A stretch of DNA of 64,000 nt from Candidatus Kapaibacterium sp. (lineage in GTDB: Bacteria > Bacteroidota > Ignavibacteria > Kapaibacteriales > UBA2268), in contig JAVSMQ010000001.1 of assembly GCA_032027125.1 (NCBI GenBank), positions 1,108,149-1,172,148 on the forward strand, given 5' to 3'. The notes beneath the pieces are model-generated. The model was not told where the DNA came from. It saw only the letters and a list, made by a program, of their open reading frames with translations, and did no database searches. Of this stretch, positions 44,822-56,449 are shown piece by piece. Position numbers and translations under genes: made by a program. Each line of letters opens with the position of its first letter. Positions within the stretch are counted from its first letter, which is position 1.

Positions 44822-46457
44822 TCATAACCTCCTCATAATGTTCGTATTCATAAGGTCCGTATTTAACTGTCGGAATTTTATCGAAATTCAACAATGGCGG
44901 CGGCGACGGCACTGTCCATTCAAGTGTCATTCCGCCCCATGGGTTTGCAGGTGCCTTTGCACCTTTACGTAATCCATAAGCCAAATTAATAAACATAATT
45001 AATATACCTGTTATCATTACCCAGGAACCGACTGTTGCCAATTGATGCAGACTCTGAAATTCAGGTAGATAATCGTAATACCGGCGTGGCATACCAAGAT
45101 AACCAAGTATAAAAAATGTGAAATATAACATATTAAATCCGATTACCATCAAAGCAAGTGCAGTATTTGCTACTTTCGTATTGTACATCCTTCCGAACAT
45201 CTTAGGAAACCAGTAGTGCAGTGCAGCAAAGAATATAAATACCGTTCCACCGAACATTACATAGTGGAAGTGAGCAACTACAAAATATGTATCATGAAGA
45301 TGCACATCTGTTGCTAAGGCACCCAATACAAGACCTGTCAATCCTCCGATAGAGAAAAGGAAAATAAATGCCATTACAAAAAGGAACGGTGTTTCAGGTT
45401 TGATAGAGGCTTTATGCATCGTTGCCACCCAGTTGAATATTTTTACCCCGGAAGGCAGTGCTACAATGAATGTCAGGAAGGAATAAATCCACCTCGCTTC
45501 GTCGCTCATACCTGATGTAAACATGTGATGTCCCCATACCAAAGTTCCTACAAAAGCAATGGCAATGGAAGACATAGCTATTGCTCCATAACCGAATATG
45601 GTTTTGCGGCAAAATGTCGGTATGATTTCAGAAACAACACCCATTGCTGGTAATATCATTATATAAACTGCAGGGTGGGAATATATCCAGAACAAATGCT
45701 GAAACAGAATCGGGTCACCCCCCATAGCCGGGTCAAAAACTCCTATTCCAAAAGCCCGTTCAAGTATAACAAGAACGATTGTAATACCGATTATCGGAGT
45801 ACCTATAACCTGAATCCAAGCTGTTGAATACAATGCCCAGACAAATAGCGGCATCTTGAAGAAAGTCATTCCCGGTGCTCTCATTCTGTGAACTGTAGTT
45901 ACAAAATTAAGTCCGGTTAGAATTGATGAGAACCCTAATATAAAAGCTGCAATCAACGGCATTACAACTTCAGTTGTTGTTCGGAGACTATACGGAGCAT
46001 AGAATGTCCAGCCTGTATCAATAGGTCCGCCGCTTAGAAACAAAGATATTACAGCCAGTAAACCGCCAATTGTATAAAGATACCAGGAGGTTAGATTCAG
46101 TCTGGGAAAAGACACGTCTTCAGCACCTATTTGTATAGGAAGCATAAAGTTACCGAATGCAGCCGGGATACCGGGTATTATAACAAGAAAAATCATTATT
46201 ATGCCATGCAGTGTAAAAAGTGCATTATAAGTCTGAGGACCCATAATATCCCTACCTGTTGACCATAATTCAAGACGCATAAAAAATCCCAGCGTCATGC
46301 CGATAAGAAAAAAGGTAATCATAGAAAACAGGTATAACAAACCTATTCTTTTATGGTCAACCGATAATATCCAGGCAAATATCCCCGAATGTTTTCCCTT
46401 ATAATTATAAAAATCAATATATTCACCGTTACCGGCGTTAGCTGCAACATCAGTCAT
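44811..46457 (-). CDS. coxA: Cytochrome c oxidase subunit I (heme-copper oxidase, A-type).
   Basis: 12-TM protein with WIYSHPAVYIMILPAMG, GHHMFTSGM, HLHDTYFVVAHFHYVMFGG and the CuB/heme a3 His ligands. 548 aa. Confidence 0.9.
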   Translation of the reverse strand: MTDVAANAGNGEYIDFYNYKGKHSGIFAWILSVDHKRIGLLYLFSMITFFLIGMTLGFFMRLELWSTGRDIMGPQTYNALFTLHGIIMIFLVIIPGIPAAFGNFMLPIQIGAEDVSFPRLNLTSWYLYTIGGLLAVISLFLSGGPIDTGWTFYAPYSLRTTTEVVMPLIAAFILGFSSILTGLNFVTTVHRMRAPGMTFFKMPLFVWALYSTAWIQVIGTPIIGITIVLVILERAFGIGVFDPAMGGDPILFQHLFWIYSHPAVYIMILPAMGVVSEIIPTFCRKTIFGYGAIAMSSIAIAFVGTLVWGHHMFTSGMSDEARWIYSFLTFIVALPSGVKIFNWVATMHKASIKPETPFLFVMAFIFLFSIGGLTGLVLGALATDVHLHDTYFVVAHFHYVMFGGTVFIFFAALHYWFPKMFGRMYNTKVANTALALMVIGFNMLYFTFFILGYLGMPRRYYDYLPEFQSLHQLATVGSWVMITGILIMFINLAYGLRKGAKAPANPWGGMTLEWTVPSPPPLLNFDKIPTVKYGPYEYEHYEEVMNGK

Positions 46458-47235
46458 TATTAACTCCAGAATTTGTTTTCTTTCTGCCTTTTACAAGTAA
46501 AACTACAAAAAAGATACCTACACCGAGAAAAATTACAGTACCAACAACTTTATTGATATTGAAAACATACTGCTGACCTTTAGGGTCATAACTAAAGCAG
46601 TATGCAAGCAATTTTGTAATCGGCGGCGATGAAATACCCTTGCTTGATTCGACTATTGCCATTTTGAAATCAAACGGCAGATAACTTGTTCCTAATAAAT
46701 ATCTTGTTATTTTACCTTCCGGTGAAATCATTATCAGCGAACCCGAATGGATAAAATCGTCTTTGCCGTCGGATTGATATCTGAATCCAACCGCATCAGC
46801 AATTTTGGCAACATTAGAACTGTCACCGACCATAAATAACCAGTCATTAGGATTAATCGCCCTTTTCATACCGTTAAGATAATTTTTCTTCCATCTTGCA
46901 GCAATATCATAAGTCTCCCGTGGATCAAAACTTATTGTCAGCAATTGATAATCCTTGCCTGTCTCTACATCGGCTATGTCAACCACTTCACTGAGACTTG
47001 TCAGCATAGGACTGCAAATCCCGGGACAGTGGTAATAAACAAGAGCCAAAACGGTTGGTTTGGTTATGATTTCTTTTAATGTACGAGTCTTTCCTTCAGA
47101 ATCCTGAAATTCCAAATTCATCGGCAGAGTCTTACCAAGTTTTTTTTCATGTTCCAAACCGACAGCAATAGGTTTATCAACTGCAACCGCTATTACTGAG
47201 CCTATAATCATGAATAACAGAACATATTTTAGCAT
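46450..47235 (-). CDS. sco1: SCO1/SenC-family copper chaperone (thioredoxin fold) for CuA assembly.
   Basis: N-terminal anchor. CPGICSP (CxxxC) motif and a downstream conserved His (DFIHSGSLIMISPEG). Overlaps the coxA start by 8 nt. Confidence 0.8.
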   Translation of the reverse strand: MLKYVLLFMIIGSVIAVAVDKPIAVGLEHEKKLGKTLPMNLEFQDSEGKTRTLKEIITKPTVLALVYYHCPGICSPMLTSLSEVVDIADVETGKDYQLLTISFDPRETYDIAARWKKNYLNGMKRAINPNDWLFMVGDSSNVAKIADAVGFRYQSDGKDDFIHSGSLIMISPEGKITRYLLGTSYLPFDFKMAIVESSKGISSPPITKLLAYCFSYDPKGQQYVFNINKVVGTVIFLGVGIFFVVLLVKGRKKTNSGVNND

Positions 47236-47250
47236 TATTTATCTTTATTT

Positions 47251-48192
47251 TTAAATCTGAGAAAACGTTTTCAACAAAAATTCGTGCATCAATTGTAGTT
47301 CAGTATTGTTTAATCTCAAAACACTTGCTCTGAAACCGTTAGTATTCAGATTAGAAGCTATTTCACGTGTAAATGTTTCATAACTGCCTTTCCACTGGTC
47401 ACTTCTGAGTAAAGATATAATTATCTTATGATTATCTTTTGAATTGTCTAAAATAAGTTTAGCTCCGGGCTCATTTCTAAAATATATCAGATTCTTTTCA
47501 ATAATACCGGCTTGAACTTCAATTGATTTAAAATCTGCTGATAATACAGATTCAGCTTTTTCAACCGGTATAGTATTAGATGATGCTTTGCCCTCTGAAA
47601 GTTTGTAGGTCATATCCAACTGAGCAAGTTCGCTTTCTGAATCCTTTGGTGCGTTATCCATTAAAGAATGAATGTAATGAATAAGAGCAAAACGGTCAGT
47701 AACCTGTAAATAGTTATATGATACCATTCCGCCTCCTGGAATTCCTTCTTCAAGAGTCTTCCAAATTTCAGATAATTTCCTGCCGTTTTTCCATCCGTCT
47801 GCCGAATGAAAATTTCTGGGTGCAGGATTTAGCCCTTTTCCTGCAATACCATTACCTGAACCATCATCACCATGACAAGATGAACAATTGGCTTTGAAAA
47901 GTTCCTGCCCCTTAGCAACAAGTTCGGGAGTTGATTTACCGGCAATTTTCACATCAACACCAGCCATGATACTTCCTTTTTTCATCGCAATCGGCTCTTG
48001 TACTGTATCGCGGAGTAATATCTGCGGCTTAAGGTTGTTTTTGAATGCAGCATCCATATTATACACCCAATACATACCGCCAATTATAATAATAGCAATA
48101 AAATACGGATAAATAAGTCCAAAAAATCTTAAGGGACTTTTTAGAAAATTTTCAAATTTTATTTCATCTTCAGGTCTATGAACATTATTCAT
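47251..48192 (-). CDS. Membrane-anchored monoheme class I cytochrome c with a C-terminal extension. Likely an electron carrier between ACIII and the oxidase.
   Basis: N-terminal TM FFGLIYPYFIAIIIIGGMYWV. Heme site CSSCHGDDGSGNG with a distal Met region (GGGMVSY). Confidence 0.7.
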   Translation of the reverse strand: MNNVHRPEDEIKFENFLKSPLRFFGLIYPYFIAIIIIGGMYWVYNMDAAFKNNLKPQILLRDTVQEPIAMKKGSIMAGVDVKIAGKSTPELVAKGQELFKANCSSCHGDDGSGNGIAGKGLNPAPRNFHSADGWKNGRKLSEIWKTLEEGIPGGGMVSYNYLQVTDRFALIHYIHSLMDNAPKDSESELAQLDMTYKLSEGKASSNTIPVEKAESVLSADFKSIEVQAGIIEKNLIYFRNEPGAKLILDNSKDNHKIIISLLRSDQWKGSYETFTREIASNLNTNGFRASVLRLNNTELQLMHEFLLKTFSQI

Positions 48193-48295
48193 TTTCTTAC
48201 CTAATTTTACTTTAGCTCAAACATAATTTAACTTGTATTGAAACAGCATTTCGCTTTGACGAAGATACTTCCATTTAATTAATCTCTAAATCAAA

Positions 48296-49498
48296 TTATA
48301 GATGGAATTCAAGACTGCTTTTGAATTTCGGGTCACCAACAGCCATCAGATTTCTATTTCTTGACATAACAGCAAATACGAATATAATTGCTCCGATAAC
48401 AATAAAGGGTGCCGATAATTCAGTCAATCCGAATATCGGTCCGTCAACACCGTTGCGTTTTGCATACTCAGGCATAATAATCCAGTATAAATCATAATAA
48501 TGAGCAAGGAATACCCATACAGCTATTATTTTGAGTCTGAAAGGATTACTCTTTGACGGTCTTGTAACGAGGGCAAGATAAGGAATCCCAAATCTGATTA
48601 TTATCAGCCCCAGAGACATAATCATCCATCCACCGTTGCTTCTGTCCATATACCACATAGTTTCATCGGGAATGTTTGCATACCAGATAAGCATAAACTG
48701 ACTGAATGCAATATAAGCCCAGAAATTTACAAAAGCAAACATAAGGGCGCCAAGATTATAAAAATGGTCTTCTGTAATATATTTACTCAGGTAACCATTC
48801 TCAACCAAACTTATTACAATAAATGTAATGACGGCAAGAGTAGCCAGAACAGAGCCTGCAAAATAGTATACACCGAATATGGTAGAAAACCATTTTGGCT
48901 CAAGGCTCATCAGCCAATCCATGCCAATTACAGTAATACATATTGCAAACAATGGCATAAATGCAGCAGAAAATTTTGCAGATAATTTATTAACTTTGGG
49001 ATTTTTACTTTTATCCTGCATGAATGACCTTCCGGCAAGCAGGTAATAGAAAATCCACATAATAGCAAATATTACAGCATTTCTTACCACAAAGAATGTT
49101 TCATTCAAATACGGAACTTTCCCCTGAACATATTTGTCTGCCTCAATAACCTGAGGATTAATCCAAACAAAAACCTGCTCCATATTCAGAAAAAGCGGTA
49201 ATGAAATTATAGGAACTATAAATACTACAGCCGCCAAAATTTCTGTAACTCTTCGGAAAGGAACACTCCAGTCAGCACCGACAATATATTCGAGTGCAAC
49301 CAGAAATAATGCTCCAAATCCAATACTGAAAAGCCACATAAATATGATAATAAGATTATATGAAGCTCTAACAGAATCCGTTGCAAAACCGTAACCTGCC
49401 AATGCACCGCCGATAGCCAGTAAACCGATTCCGATAAGAGCTATCTTGCCGGGAAGTGCTTTTTTCTCATATAAAACTATGTCTTTACTGTTATTCAT
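48296..49498 (-). CDS. actF: Alternative complex III subunit ActF (second NrfD-family membrane subunit).
   Basis: 400 aa, ~10 TM, NrfD/PsrC-like. Last membrane gene of the actABCDEF array. Confidence 0.7.
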   Translation of the reverse strand: MNNSKDIVLYEKKALPGKIALIGIGLLAIGGALAGYGFATDSVRASYNLIIIFMWLFSIGFGALFLVALEYIVGADWSVPFRRVTEILAAVVFIVPIISLPLFLNMEQVFVWINPQVIEADKYVQGKVPYLNETFFVVRNAVIFAIMWIFYYLLAGRSFMQDKSKNPKVNKLSAKFSAAFMPLFAICITVIGMDWLMSLEPKWFSTIFGVYYFAGSVLATLAVITFIVISLVENGYLSKYITEDHFYNLGALMFAFVNFWAYIAFSQFMLIWYANIPDETMWYMDRSNGGWMIMSLGLIIIRFGIPYLALVTRPSKSNPFRLKIIAVWVFLAHYYDLYWIIMPEYAKRNGVDGPIFGLTELSAPFIVIGAIIFVFAVMSRNRNLMAVGDPKFKSSLEFHL

Positions 49499-50664
49499 TT
49501 TACGTCCTCCTCAGTTGCATTCATTGCTCTTTGTAATGCTCTTAAATATGTTATTACCTGCCAGCGCTCAGTATCATTTAGCTGTGAGGCATAAGACGGC
49601 ATAGTATTCTGCCCGACAGTAATGATATGGAATATTTGTCCGTCTTTCCAATTTCTGACCCTGTCCGTATGCAGACTCGGAGGATTAGGGAATTGACCGT
49701 TTAGTCTGGCTATTCCTGTACCCTGATAGTCATGACAAGGACTGCAGTAAGTATTGTATTTAGCTTTTCCTATACTGAGATTGGCTTCGTTAATTTCAAG
49801 AGGATTGACCATAAATTTTTCAGCAAGTGCTGCACTGTCTGTATAAGCATAAGGTATATGATTCTTTGCAACAGTACCTGCAACAGGTTCCCTCATTGAA
49901 AATCCGTCTTTGAAGAAAGTAGTCGGAGACTGTGCAGATAATTTCTGCTGGTACATCATCCAGTTAAACGGCTGCATAAACATCATTTTGTTGAGAGCAA
50001 AGTAAGTAACCGACGATACTACAACAGCCAAAACGGCAAGCCCGATTAGGAATTTCGGGTCGAATAAGGTGTGCTTGACATTCAATTCGTCGTTATCGTA
50101 ATAAATCGGCTCGACTGTAGATGAACCTATTTTAGTAAGAAATGCCTTTACACCCTCAAAATCAAATTTCGGGTCGTCAGATTCTATAACTGCACCATAT
50201 TTATCTGATGATACGCGTTTCATATATTTTGTATCATGAAGCGGATGGCTGTTGTTCGGGAATCTGAAGAAAATAATAATCATTGAGGTTACTGTTGCTA
50301 CCGATGCAAGCAAAACTGTCACTTCAAAAGTTACAGGGATAAATGCAGGAAGGGCGAAAGCAGGTTTACCGCCGATATTATTCGGATAGCTTACAACCAT
50401 AGTACCCCACATCAGCAGCAGAGCTAAGGCTGCACCTGTAACACCGAGTGCAAAAGCAAAATAACCTAATGGAGACCTTGTAACTTTCATTGCATCATCC
50501 ATACCGTGAATCGGATATGGAGTATGAATATCAAATTTTTTATAACCTGCTTTTACAATTTCCTTTGCAGCATAAATGATTTCATCCGGCGTATTGAAAA
50601 TTGCAGAGACTGAGTGTAGAATTTTATTTTCCATGTTAATGTCCCTCGCCGGCATTATGACCAA
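49495..50664 (-). CDS. actDE: Alternative complex III fused ActD-ActE: a DUF3341-type membrane subunit joined to a monoheme cytochrome c.
   Basis: N-terminal half has two TM helices and an ActD-like soluble domain. C-terminal half has [11 protein letters not shown] and ...[12 protein letters not shown] (distal Met), as in ActE. Confidence 0.7.
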   Translation of the reverse strand: MVIMPARDINMENKILHSVSAIFNTPDEIIYAAKEIVKAGYKKFDIHTPYPIHGMDDAMKVTRSPLGYFAFALGVTGAALALLLMWGTMVVSYPNNIGGKPAFALPAFIPVTFEVTVLLASVATVTSMIIIFFRFPNNSHPLHDTKYMKRVSSDKYGAVIESDDPKFDFEGVKAFLTKIGSSTVEPIYYDNDELNVKHTLFDPKFLIGLAVLAVVVSSVTYFALNKMMFMQPFNWMMYQQKLSAQSPTTFFKDGFSMREPVAGTVAKNHIPYAYTDSAALAEKFMVNPLEINEANLSIGKAKYNTYCSPCHDYQGTGIARLNGQFPNPPSLHTDRVRNWKDGQIFHIITVGQNTMPSYASQLNDTERWQVITYLRALQRAMNATEEDVK

Positions 50665-52039
50665 TCGGATGATGAGTAGGCTGCGAGCCGCTAATTACTG
50701 ACTTAACTTCAGCAATAGAAACAACAGGCATTGTTCGTGTGAATAAAAGCAGTAATGTAAAGAACAATCCGAAACTCCCAATCAGGATACCAACATCAAA
50801 AATTGTCGGCATATAATATCCCCAGCTTGAAGGTAAATAGTCGCGTGAAAGCGATGTTACCGTGATAACAAATCTTTCGAACCACATACCGATATTTACC
50901 ATTATAGCAATTACAAACATAAATGGAATATTTGTCCGCAACTTTTTGAACCAGAAAAACTGAGGGGCAAGAACATTACAGCTAACCATTATCCAGTATG
51001 CCCAGGCATAAGGTCCGAGAGCTCTATTGAGAAAAGCAAATGATTCGACTTCGTGTCCGCTGTACCATGCAATGAAAAATTCCATAGCGTAAGCATATCC
51101 TACCATCATACCGGTAACTAAAATTATCTTGTTCATTTTTTCAAGTGTATCAAGAGTAATAATATGTTTCAGGTCGAAAACTTTTCTAACTATTACAAGT
51201 GCATTCTGAACCATTGCAAAACCTGAAAAAACAGCTCCTGCAACAAAGTAAGGCGGGAAAATTGTAGTATGCCAGCCCGGCATAATCGAAACAGCAAAGT
51301 CGAAAGATACAATTGTATGAACCGAGAGTACAAGAGGAGTAGCAAATCCGGCAAGTACAAGATACATCATTTCATAATGTGACCAGTGACGGTTTGAGAA
51401 TCTCCAGCCAAGGCTTAATGCCGAATAAATTGTTTTCTTTGTCTTTTCAACTAATGTTGAATTTGAAAGTCTGTCACGCATAGTAGCAAAATCGGGAACT
51501 AATCCGATATACCAGAACACAAATGATACGGTAAAATAAGTCGAAACTGCAAATACGTCCCAGAGCAGCGGGGAAGTGAAATTCACCCAGAGTGAGTGCT
51601 GATTCGGGTAAGGGAATAAATATCCCGCAAGCCAGGGACGTCCGGTATGTATCAGAGGAAAAATACCGGCAGTCATAACAGCAAATATTGTCATACCCTC
51701 GGCAAACCGTGCAATACCTGTTCTCCATTTTTGACGAAACAGAAACAAAATTGCTGAAATCAGAGTTCCAGCGTGACCAATACCCACCCAAAACACAAAG
51801 TTGATGATGGCAAAACCCCATCCAACAGGGTTGTTAACACCCCAAACGCCTAAGCCTCTGTAAAATGTATAACCAAGGCTTAAAGCTCCAATACCCAACA
51901 TAGTCAAAGTCAAAGTAATTGCGATAAAAAACTTTTTATCCGGCAATCTGTCCATTGGTTGAATAATTGATGCATCAACTGATTTAAGCGATGGTTTTCC
52001 TTCAATTACAGAGGTTTCATGAGTTATGTCAATGCTCAC
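50636..52039 (-). CDS. actC: Alternative complex III subunit ActC (NrfD/PsrC-family quinol-binding membrane subunit).
   Basis: 467 aa, ~10 TM, NrfD-like. Positioned immediately after actB. Confidence 0.75.
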   Translation of the reverse strand: MSIDITHETSVIEGKPSLKSVDASIIQPMDRLPDKKFFIAITLTLTMLGIGALSLGYTFYRGLGVWGVNNPVGWGFAIINFVFWVGIGHAGTLISAILFLFRQKWRTGIARFAEGMTIFAVMTAGIFPLIHTGRPWLAGYLFPYPNQHSLWVNFTSPLLWDVFAVSTYFTVSFVFWYIGLVPDFATMRDRLSNSTLVEKTKKTIYSALSLGWRFSNRHWSHYEMMYLVLAGFATPLVLSVHTIVSFDFAVSIMPGWHTTIFPPYFVAGAVFSGFAMVQNALVIVRKVFDLKHIITLDTLEKMNKIILVTGMMVGYAYAMEFFIAWYSGHEVESFAFLNRALGPYAWAYWIMVSCNVLAPQFFWFKKLRTNIPFMFVIAIMVNIGMWFERFVITVTSLSRDYLPSSWGYYMPTIFDVGILIGSFGLFFTLLLLFTRTMPVVSIAEVKSVISGSQPTHHPIGHNAGEGH

Positions 52040-55000
52040 TATGGTTTTCCTCCGCTGTAATATTTCTCAATTTTGATAAATAAGTCACATTAGGCTTTAC
52101 GCTTATAGTTTCGAGTACATGATAGCCTAAAGGATGTTCTCTTAATTTCGATATTTTTGATTCAGGGTCATTCATGTCACCAAATGTTATAGCAGATGCA
52201 GGGCAAGCTTCCTGACAAGCAGTCTGAACGTCTGCACCTTTTATTTTACGACCTTCTTTTGCTGCTGTAGTTCTGGCTTCCTGAATCCTTTGCGTGCAGA
52301 AGGTACATTTCTCCATAACGCCTCTTGATCGAACCGTTACTTCAGGATTATTTAATAATTCAAGTGTATCTTTGCGATAAAATCCATCAGCCAAATCATT
52401 ACGGAAATCAAAGAAATTATAACGGCGAACCTTGTAAGGGCAGTTATTTGCACAATAGCGTGTACCGACACATCTGTTGTAAGTCATCTGATTCAATCCG
52501 TCAGGACTATGGGATGTCGCAACTACCGGGCAGACATTCTCACACGGTGCATTATCACAGTGCTGGCAAAGCATCGGCTGAAAGCTTGTAACAGGTTCAT
52601 CGGGTGTTCCGCTGAAATAGGTATCAATTCTCATCCAGTGCATTTCTCTGCCATTTGAGGCTTCTACTTTACCTACAATGGGGATATTATTTTCAACATT
52701 ACATGCAGTCACGCACGTGCCGCAGGCTGTACATTTGTTAAGGTCAATAGCCATCGCCCATTTGACATCAGTATAAACCTTATCGGGAGTAATTGAGTGG
52801 CTATTATATTCATGATGCCCGAGCAGATGTATTTTTTCTGATTTAAGTGCTTTTTTGTAACCCTTATCATCGCCGGCAAACTCTGCTTTGAGTTTTAATT
52901 TGGCAGAATCATATTTTCCCTGAAATTCCTTATAAAAAGGAACAGTATATTCATTGATTATATGTCTTTTCAGATGGAAATCTTTAACGAATTCTTCATC
53001 AAGGGAATGATGTTCCTGTGTCGAAACAAGATGATGAATACCGTCTGTTTTGCTTACATTCACCCTTGTATAAATCCATGGAGACATTCCGCCCTTAACA
53101 GACATAAGAACCGAAGCATTAAATCCGACATTTATACCGATTTCACCGACAGTAGTCCTGCCGTATCCGAGGTCAACTGCAATCACTTTTTCAGCCATAC
53201 CCGGCTGAATCATAACAGGGAGTTTCAAACTTCTGCCGTTTACTTTTACCTCGACCATATCAGCATCACGGTTCATTTTGTCTTCACCGTAAGTGACATT
53301 AAGTTCTTTTGCGGTAGCAGGCGACATCATTGCATAATTATCCCAGACAGTCTTAGTAACAGGATTAGGTACTTCCTGAAGCCATCCGTTGTTTGCAAAT
53401 CTGCCGTCACCTAAATAATGAGCCGGTTTAAGAATTAATGTGTAATTCTGCTTTTGAATAGTGAATTTATTATTTGCCAAAGCTGCTAAATTAAATACCG
53501 GCTTTACTGCTGCCGGTTCATTAATTATTGATACGCCGTCGTGAAGACATGCAAACCAGTACGAGCGGAAATCAACTGATGAGCCGCTTTTCAGATAAAC
53601 ATCATTTTCCCAGCCTGACATCAGATATTTATGATATATATCAGGATTATATTTGGTTATATCGTCACTCATCCAATTCAGAAGAACTGCTTCTTTCTGA
53701 CGGGTGTCATGTATTGGTGCTATTATTGGCTGCTGAAGACTCATAAATCCGGTTCGTAATTTAAAGTCGCCCCATGATTCAAGTGAGTGATTTACAGCAA
53801 TTATATACTGGTTAGCCAAACATGATTCATTAGCTGATTCGACCATTGAGATTATAACCGGTACTTTTTTATAAGCTTCGGCATAACCTGAATCGTGAGG
53901 AAAATGATATACGGGATTTGAATCAAAATGAATTAATACTCCAACTTTACCGGAATTGCAACCACTTACCAGACTTGACAATTCATCGGCAGTGCTTAAC
54001 GGTCTTTGTAACTGCTGAAGTGAAGAAAAATCATAAACATTTGCAGCTGAACCAAGAACTTCATTAAGTAAATTTACTGCAGTATGAACTTCTTTCGGCA
54101 TTGCAGCACCGGCAGTAACCAAAGTTTTTGTTCCGTGAATTAATAAGTCATGAATTAATTCATCAAGAATCTTATGATTAATTTTATTCTTATCAGCAAA
54201 GCTTTTTAAGTTAAATTCTGATAGATTTGCATCAATTGCTATTGCAGACTTCCCTTTGACTGCCAGTTCGGCGGCTAAACTCATTATGAAGCTGAAATGA
54301 AGTTCAGGGGTAAGTCTGATTCTGTAATCAGCCATCGCTCCCGTTACCGAATAATTCCCTTCAATCTGATAAAGTTTATTGAATCCTTCCGGATGGTCAA
54401 TATCTCTTCGTGATGTAAATTGTCTTGTTTGTTCAGTTACATTTCCATCAGTTCCAAGAAAATCATTTTCAAATGATAATATAACGTCAGGTACATCAAA
54501 CTTAATTGCCGGAATTGAATCCATACCGTAACATTCAGCCCATGCAAGACGTTTTTGGCTGTCATTAAACAGTTCATAGCTGTAAATTTTCGCAGTCGGA
54601 TATTTTGCAATAAAATCATTAAAAAGCTTATTTTGTGAAGGTGAAATTACCGAATGTGTAACAATAGCAATTTCTTTTCCTTCGGCAGCAGCCTTTTTCA
54701 ATTTTTCAACAATTTGAGTATCAACCTTTTCCCAGTCAGAACGCGGCATTTCATCTTTATACAGCACTAATTTACTGTCAGATTTTTTGATAGGAAATCT
54801 CAATCTGTTTGGGTCATATAAATCAAATATTGCAGCCTGGTCAGAAGTTGAAATTTTTCCTTTATTAACAGGATGGTCAGGATTGCCGTCCAGTTTAATC
54901 GGTCTTCCTTCGCGGGATTTAACTAAAACTCCGGAGCCGTTATTCAGAGTGGAAGCATAATAATTCGCTTCACCGTAAGTGACACCATCGGGCTTTTTGT

Positions 55001-55232
55001 TATAGGTGATGATTTCGCCCTTGTCATAATAATCCGAGCAGGCTGTAGCAGCTATAGCTGTAGTAGCACCTACAAGAGCAAGAAAATTTCTGCGGGATTT
55101 ATCCGGCATTGTTTTAATATCAAATTCATCAGTTACGCCTTCCACAAATTCGTGACGGGCAGATTCGACTGATTCGGGCTTTTGATTATACTGATTTAAA
55201 CTTTTCCAGAACTTGGGTTTTATATTATCCAT
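52029..55232 (-). CDS. actB: Alternative complex III subunit ActB: Tat-exported fusion of a molybdopterin-oxidoreductase-like domain (B1) and a 4x[FeS] ferredoxin domain (B2).
   Basis: Tat motif [21 protein letters not shown]. ~700-aa MopB-like region without obvious Mo-ligand context. C-terminal FeS clusters: [45 protein letters not shown]...CPASA. 1067 aa. Confidence 0.85.
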   Translation of the reverse strand: MDNIKPKFWKSLNQYNQKPESVESARHEFVEGVTDEFDIKTMPDKSRRNFLALVGATTAIAATACSDYYDKGEIITYNKKPDGVTYGEANYYASTLNNGSGVLVKSREGRPIKLDGNPDHPVNKGKISTSDQAAIFDLYDPNRLRFPIKKSDSKLVLYKDEMPRSDWEKVDTQIVEKLKKAAAEGKEIAIVTHSVISPSQNKLFNDFIAKYPTAKIYSYELFNDSQKRLAWAECYGMDSIPAIKFDVPDVILSFENDFLGTDGNVTEQTRQFTSRRDIDHPEGFNKLYQIEGNYSVTGAMADYRIRLTPELHFSFIMSLAAELAVKGKSAIAIDANLSEFNLKSFADKNKINHKILDELIHDLLIHGTKTLVTAGAAMPKEVHTAVNLLNEVLGSAANVYDFSSLQQLQRPLSTADELSSLVSGCNSGKVGVLIHFDSNPVYHFPHDSGYAEAYKKVPVIISMVESANESCLANQYIIAVNHSLESWGDFKLRTGFMSLQQPIIAPIHDTRQKEAVLLNWMSDDITKYNPDIYHKYLMSGWENDVYLKSGSSVDFRSYWFACLHDGVSIINEPAAVKPVFNLAALANNKFTIQKQNYTLILKPAHYLGDGRFANNGWLQEVPNPVTKTVWDNYAMMSPATAKELNVTYGEDKMNRDADMVEVKVNGRSLKLPVMIQPGMAEKVIAVDLGYGRTTVGEIGINVGFNASVLMSVKGGMSPWIYTRVNVSKTDGIHHLVSTQEHHSLDEEFVKDFHLKRHIINEYTVPFYKEFQGKYDSAKLKLKAEFAGDDKGYKKALKSEKIHLLGHHEYNSHSITPDKVYTDVKWAMAIDLNKCTACGTCVTACNVENNIPIVGKVEASNGREMHWMRIDTYFSGTPDEPVTSFQPMLCQHCDNAPCENVCPVVATSHSPDGLNQMTYNRCVGTRYCANNCPYKVRRYNFFDFRNDLADGFYRKDTLELLNNPEVTVRSRGVMEKCTFCTQRIQEARTTAAKEGRKIKGADVQTACQEACPASAITFGDMNDPESKISKLREHPLGYHVLETISVKPNVTYLSKLRNITAEENHSEH

Positions 55233-55468
55233 CAGCGTTTTTCTCCCTTTTGACGTGGAACAGCATGAGGGTGAATCATGACCTGAGGCTTACCGCTTTG
55301 AGCAGAAGCTGCATCATTTCGTGCGAGAAGCCTGAAAGGGACTATTTGACTGACCATAGCACCAATAGTACCCATGCCAATCAGCCCAAAAAACTTTCTA
55401 CGGTTTTGCTTCATAACTCTTTTCATATTTTTATTTGATAAATTTTCATAATTATTTAACGATGACAA
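55232..55468 (-). CDS. Small (78 aa) ORF with a twin-arginine-like motif and one hydrophobic helix, wedged between actA and actB.
   Basis: MKRVMKQNRRKFFGLIGMGTIGAMVSQIV. Its stop overlaps the actB ATG (TGATG). Its 5' end overlaps the actA stop by 13 nt. Confidence 0.4.
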   Translation of the reverse strand: MSSLNNYENLSNKNMKRVMKQNRRKFFGLIGMGTIGAMVSQIVPFRLLARNDAASAQSGKPQVMIHPHAVPRQKGEKR

Positions 55469-56028
55469 GCATTACAATTTGTAGGTCCATTATTTACCGC
55501 TGTTTTCATCTGAGGCATTGTTTCGTGCGGATTACGGTGGCAGTCAATGCAACTTCCCATTGTAAATGATTTAACCTGGCTTACTACTTCCATCTTGCGG
55601 ACATCGCCGTGACAGTTGGCACAGTCAATACCTTTGGTCACATGCGAAGCATGATTGAAATAGGCATATTCCGGTACTCTGTGAATGCGTTTCCATGGAA
55701 TAGGTTTATTATTATTGAAGTACTCGGTTAATTTGATTATTTCGGGCTTGTCTGTTCGTGCAACTTTATGGCAATTCATACATGTACTTGCCGCCGGAAT
55801 ACTTGCGTGACGTGTTTTGGCTGCACTTGTATGACAGTACTGACAGTCAATCGCCATATCACCCGCATGAAGTTTATGCGAGAACTTAATAGGCTGCTCC
55901 GGTGTATAACCTACTCCGTCCCGTTCGGGTTTGGCTATAAAATATGTCAGGGCAAAGGACATAATAATAACAAAAACCGTTACCGGTAGTTTTACCTTAA
56001 GTGCGTAATCAAGTATCGTTTTTTTCAC
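55456..56028 (-). CDS. actA: Alternative complex III subunit ActA: membrane-anchored pentaheme cytochrome c.
   Basis: N-terminal anchor. Five CxxCH: CQYCH, CMNCH, CANCH, CIDCH, CNACH. 190 aa. Confidence 0.85.
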   Translation of the reverse strand: MKKTILDYALKVKLPVTVFVIIMSFALTYFIAKPERDGVGYTPEQPIKFSHKLHAGDMAIDCQYCHTSAAKTRHASIPAASTCMNCHKVARTDKPEIIKLTEYFNNNKPIPWKRIHRVPEYAYFNHASHVTKGIDCANCHGDVRKMEVVSQVKSFTMGSCIDCHRNPHETMPQMKTAVNNGPTNCNACHR

Positions 56029-56449
56029 TTTCCGCCTGTCAAAAGTTTCTAATTTACTATAAGTTTATGGTTCTAAAAGGAACCAAAAAAAAGAATTCTT
56101 TATTTTTCTTACCGAAGTTCTTTAATTATGAGCTCCAATTGCTTCTACAAATCAATTGACTCTCCGACTTCAGTAAGTATTCTGAATTCCGCCATCAAGG
56201 GTTGTCAAACAACACCTTAAGAAATTCAAAAATAAGATATAATTAGATATAAAATCTTAAAATACTATTTTTTCGCAATAATTTCAAAAAACTTTTATAC
56301 AAATTTCACTAAATATCATTGCAAAATACTACTAAATTTAATTTTATGCAAACCTAAAAAGCATTTTAGACACATTATTTTTATTTCATTTTCATAACCA
56401 TTCATTTATGTTCTTTATTTATAATAATTTATGTGAAAATTAATTTTAC

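Noticed and set aside
52325-53746. Plus-strand ORFs antisense to actB (52325-52591, 52962-53414, 53528-53746).
   Set aside because: Nested antisense to a 1067-aa high-confidence gene. No signals.
55232-55468. Considered that the small Tat-motif ORF might be the true N-terminus of ActB, separated by a frameshift.
   Set aside because: ActB as called already begins with a normal N-terminal region and its own [16 protein letters not shown] Tat motif about 45 residues in. So the upstream ORF is a separate entity; it is retained as a low-confidence feature.
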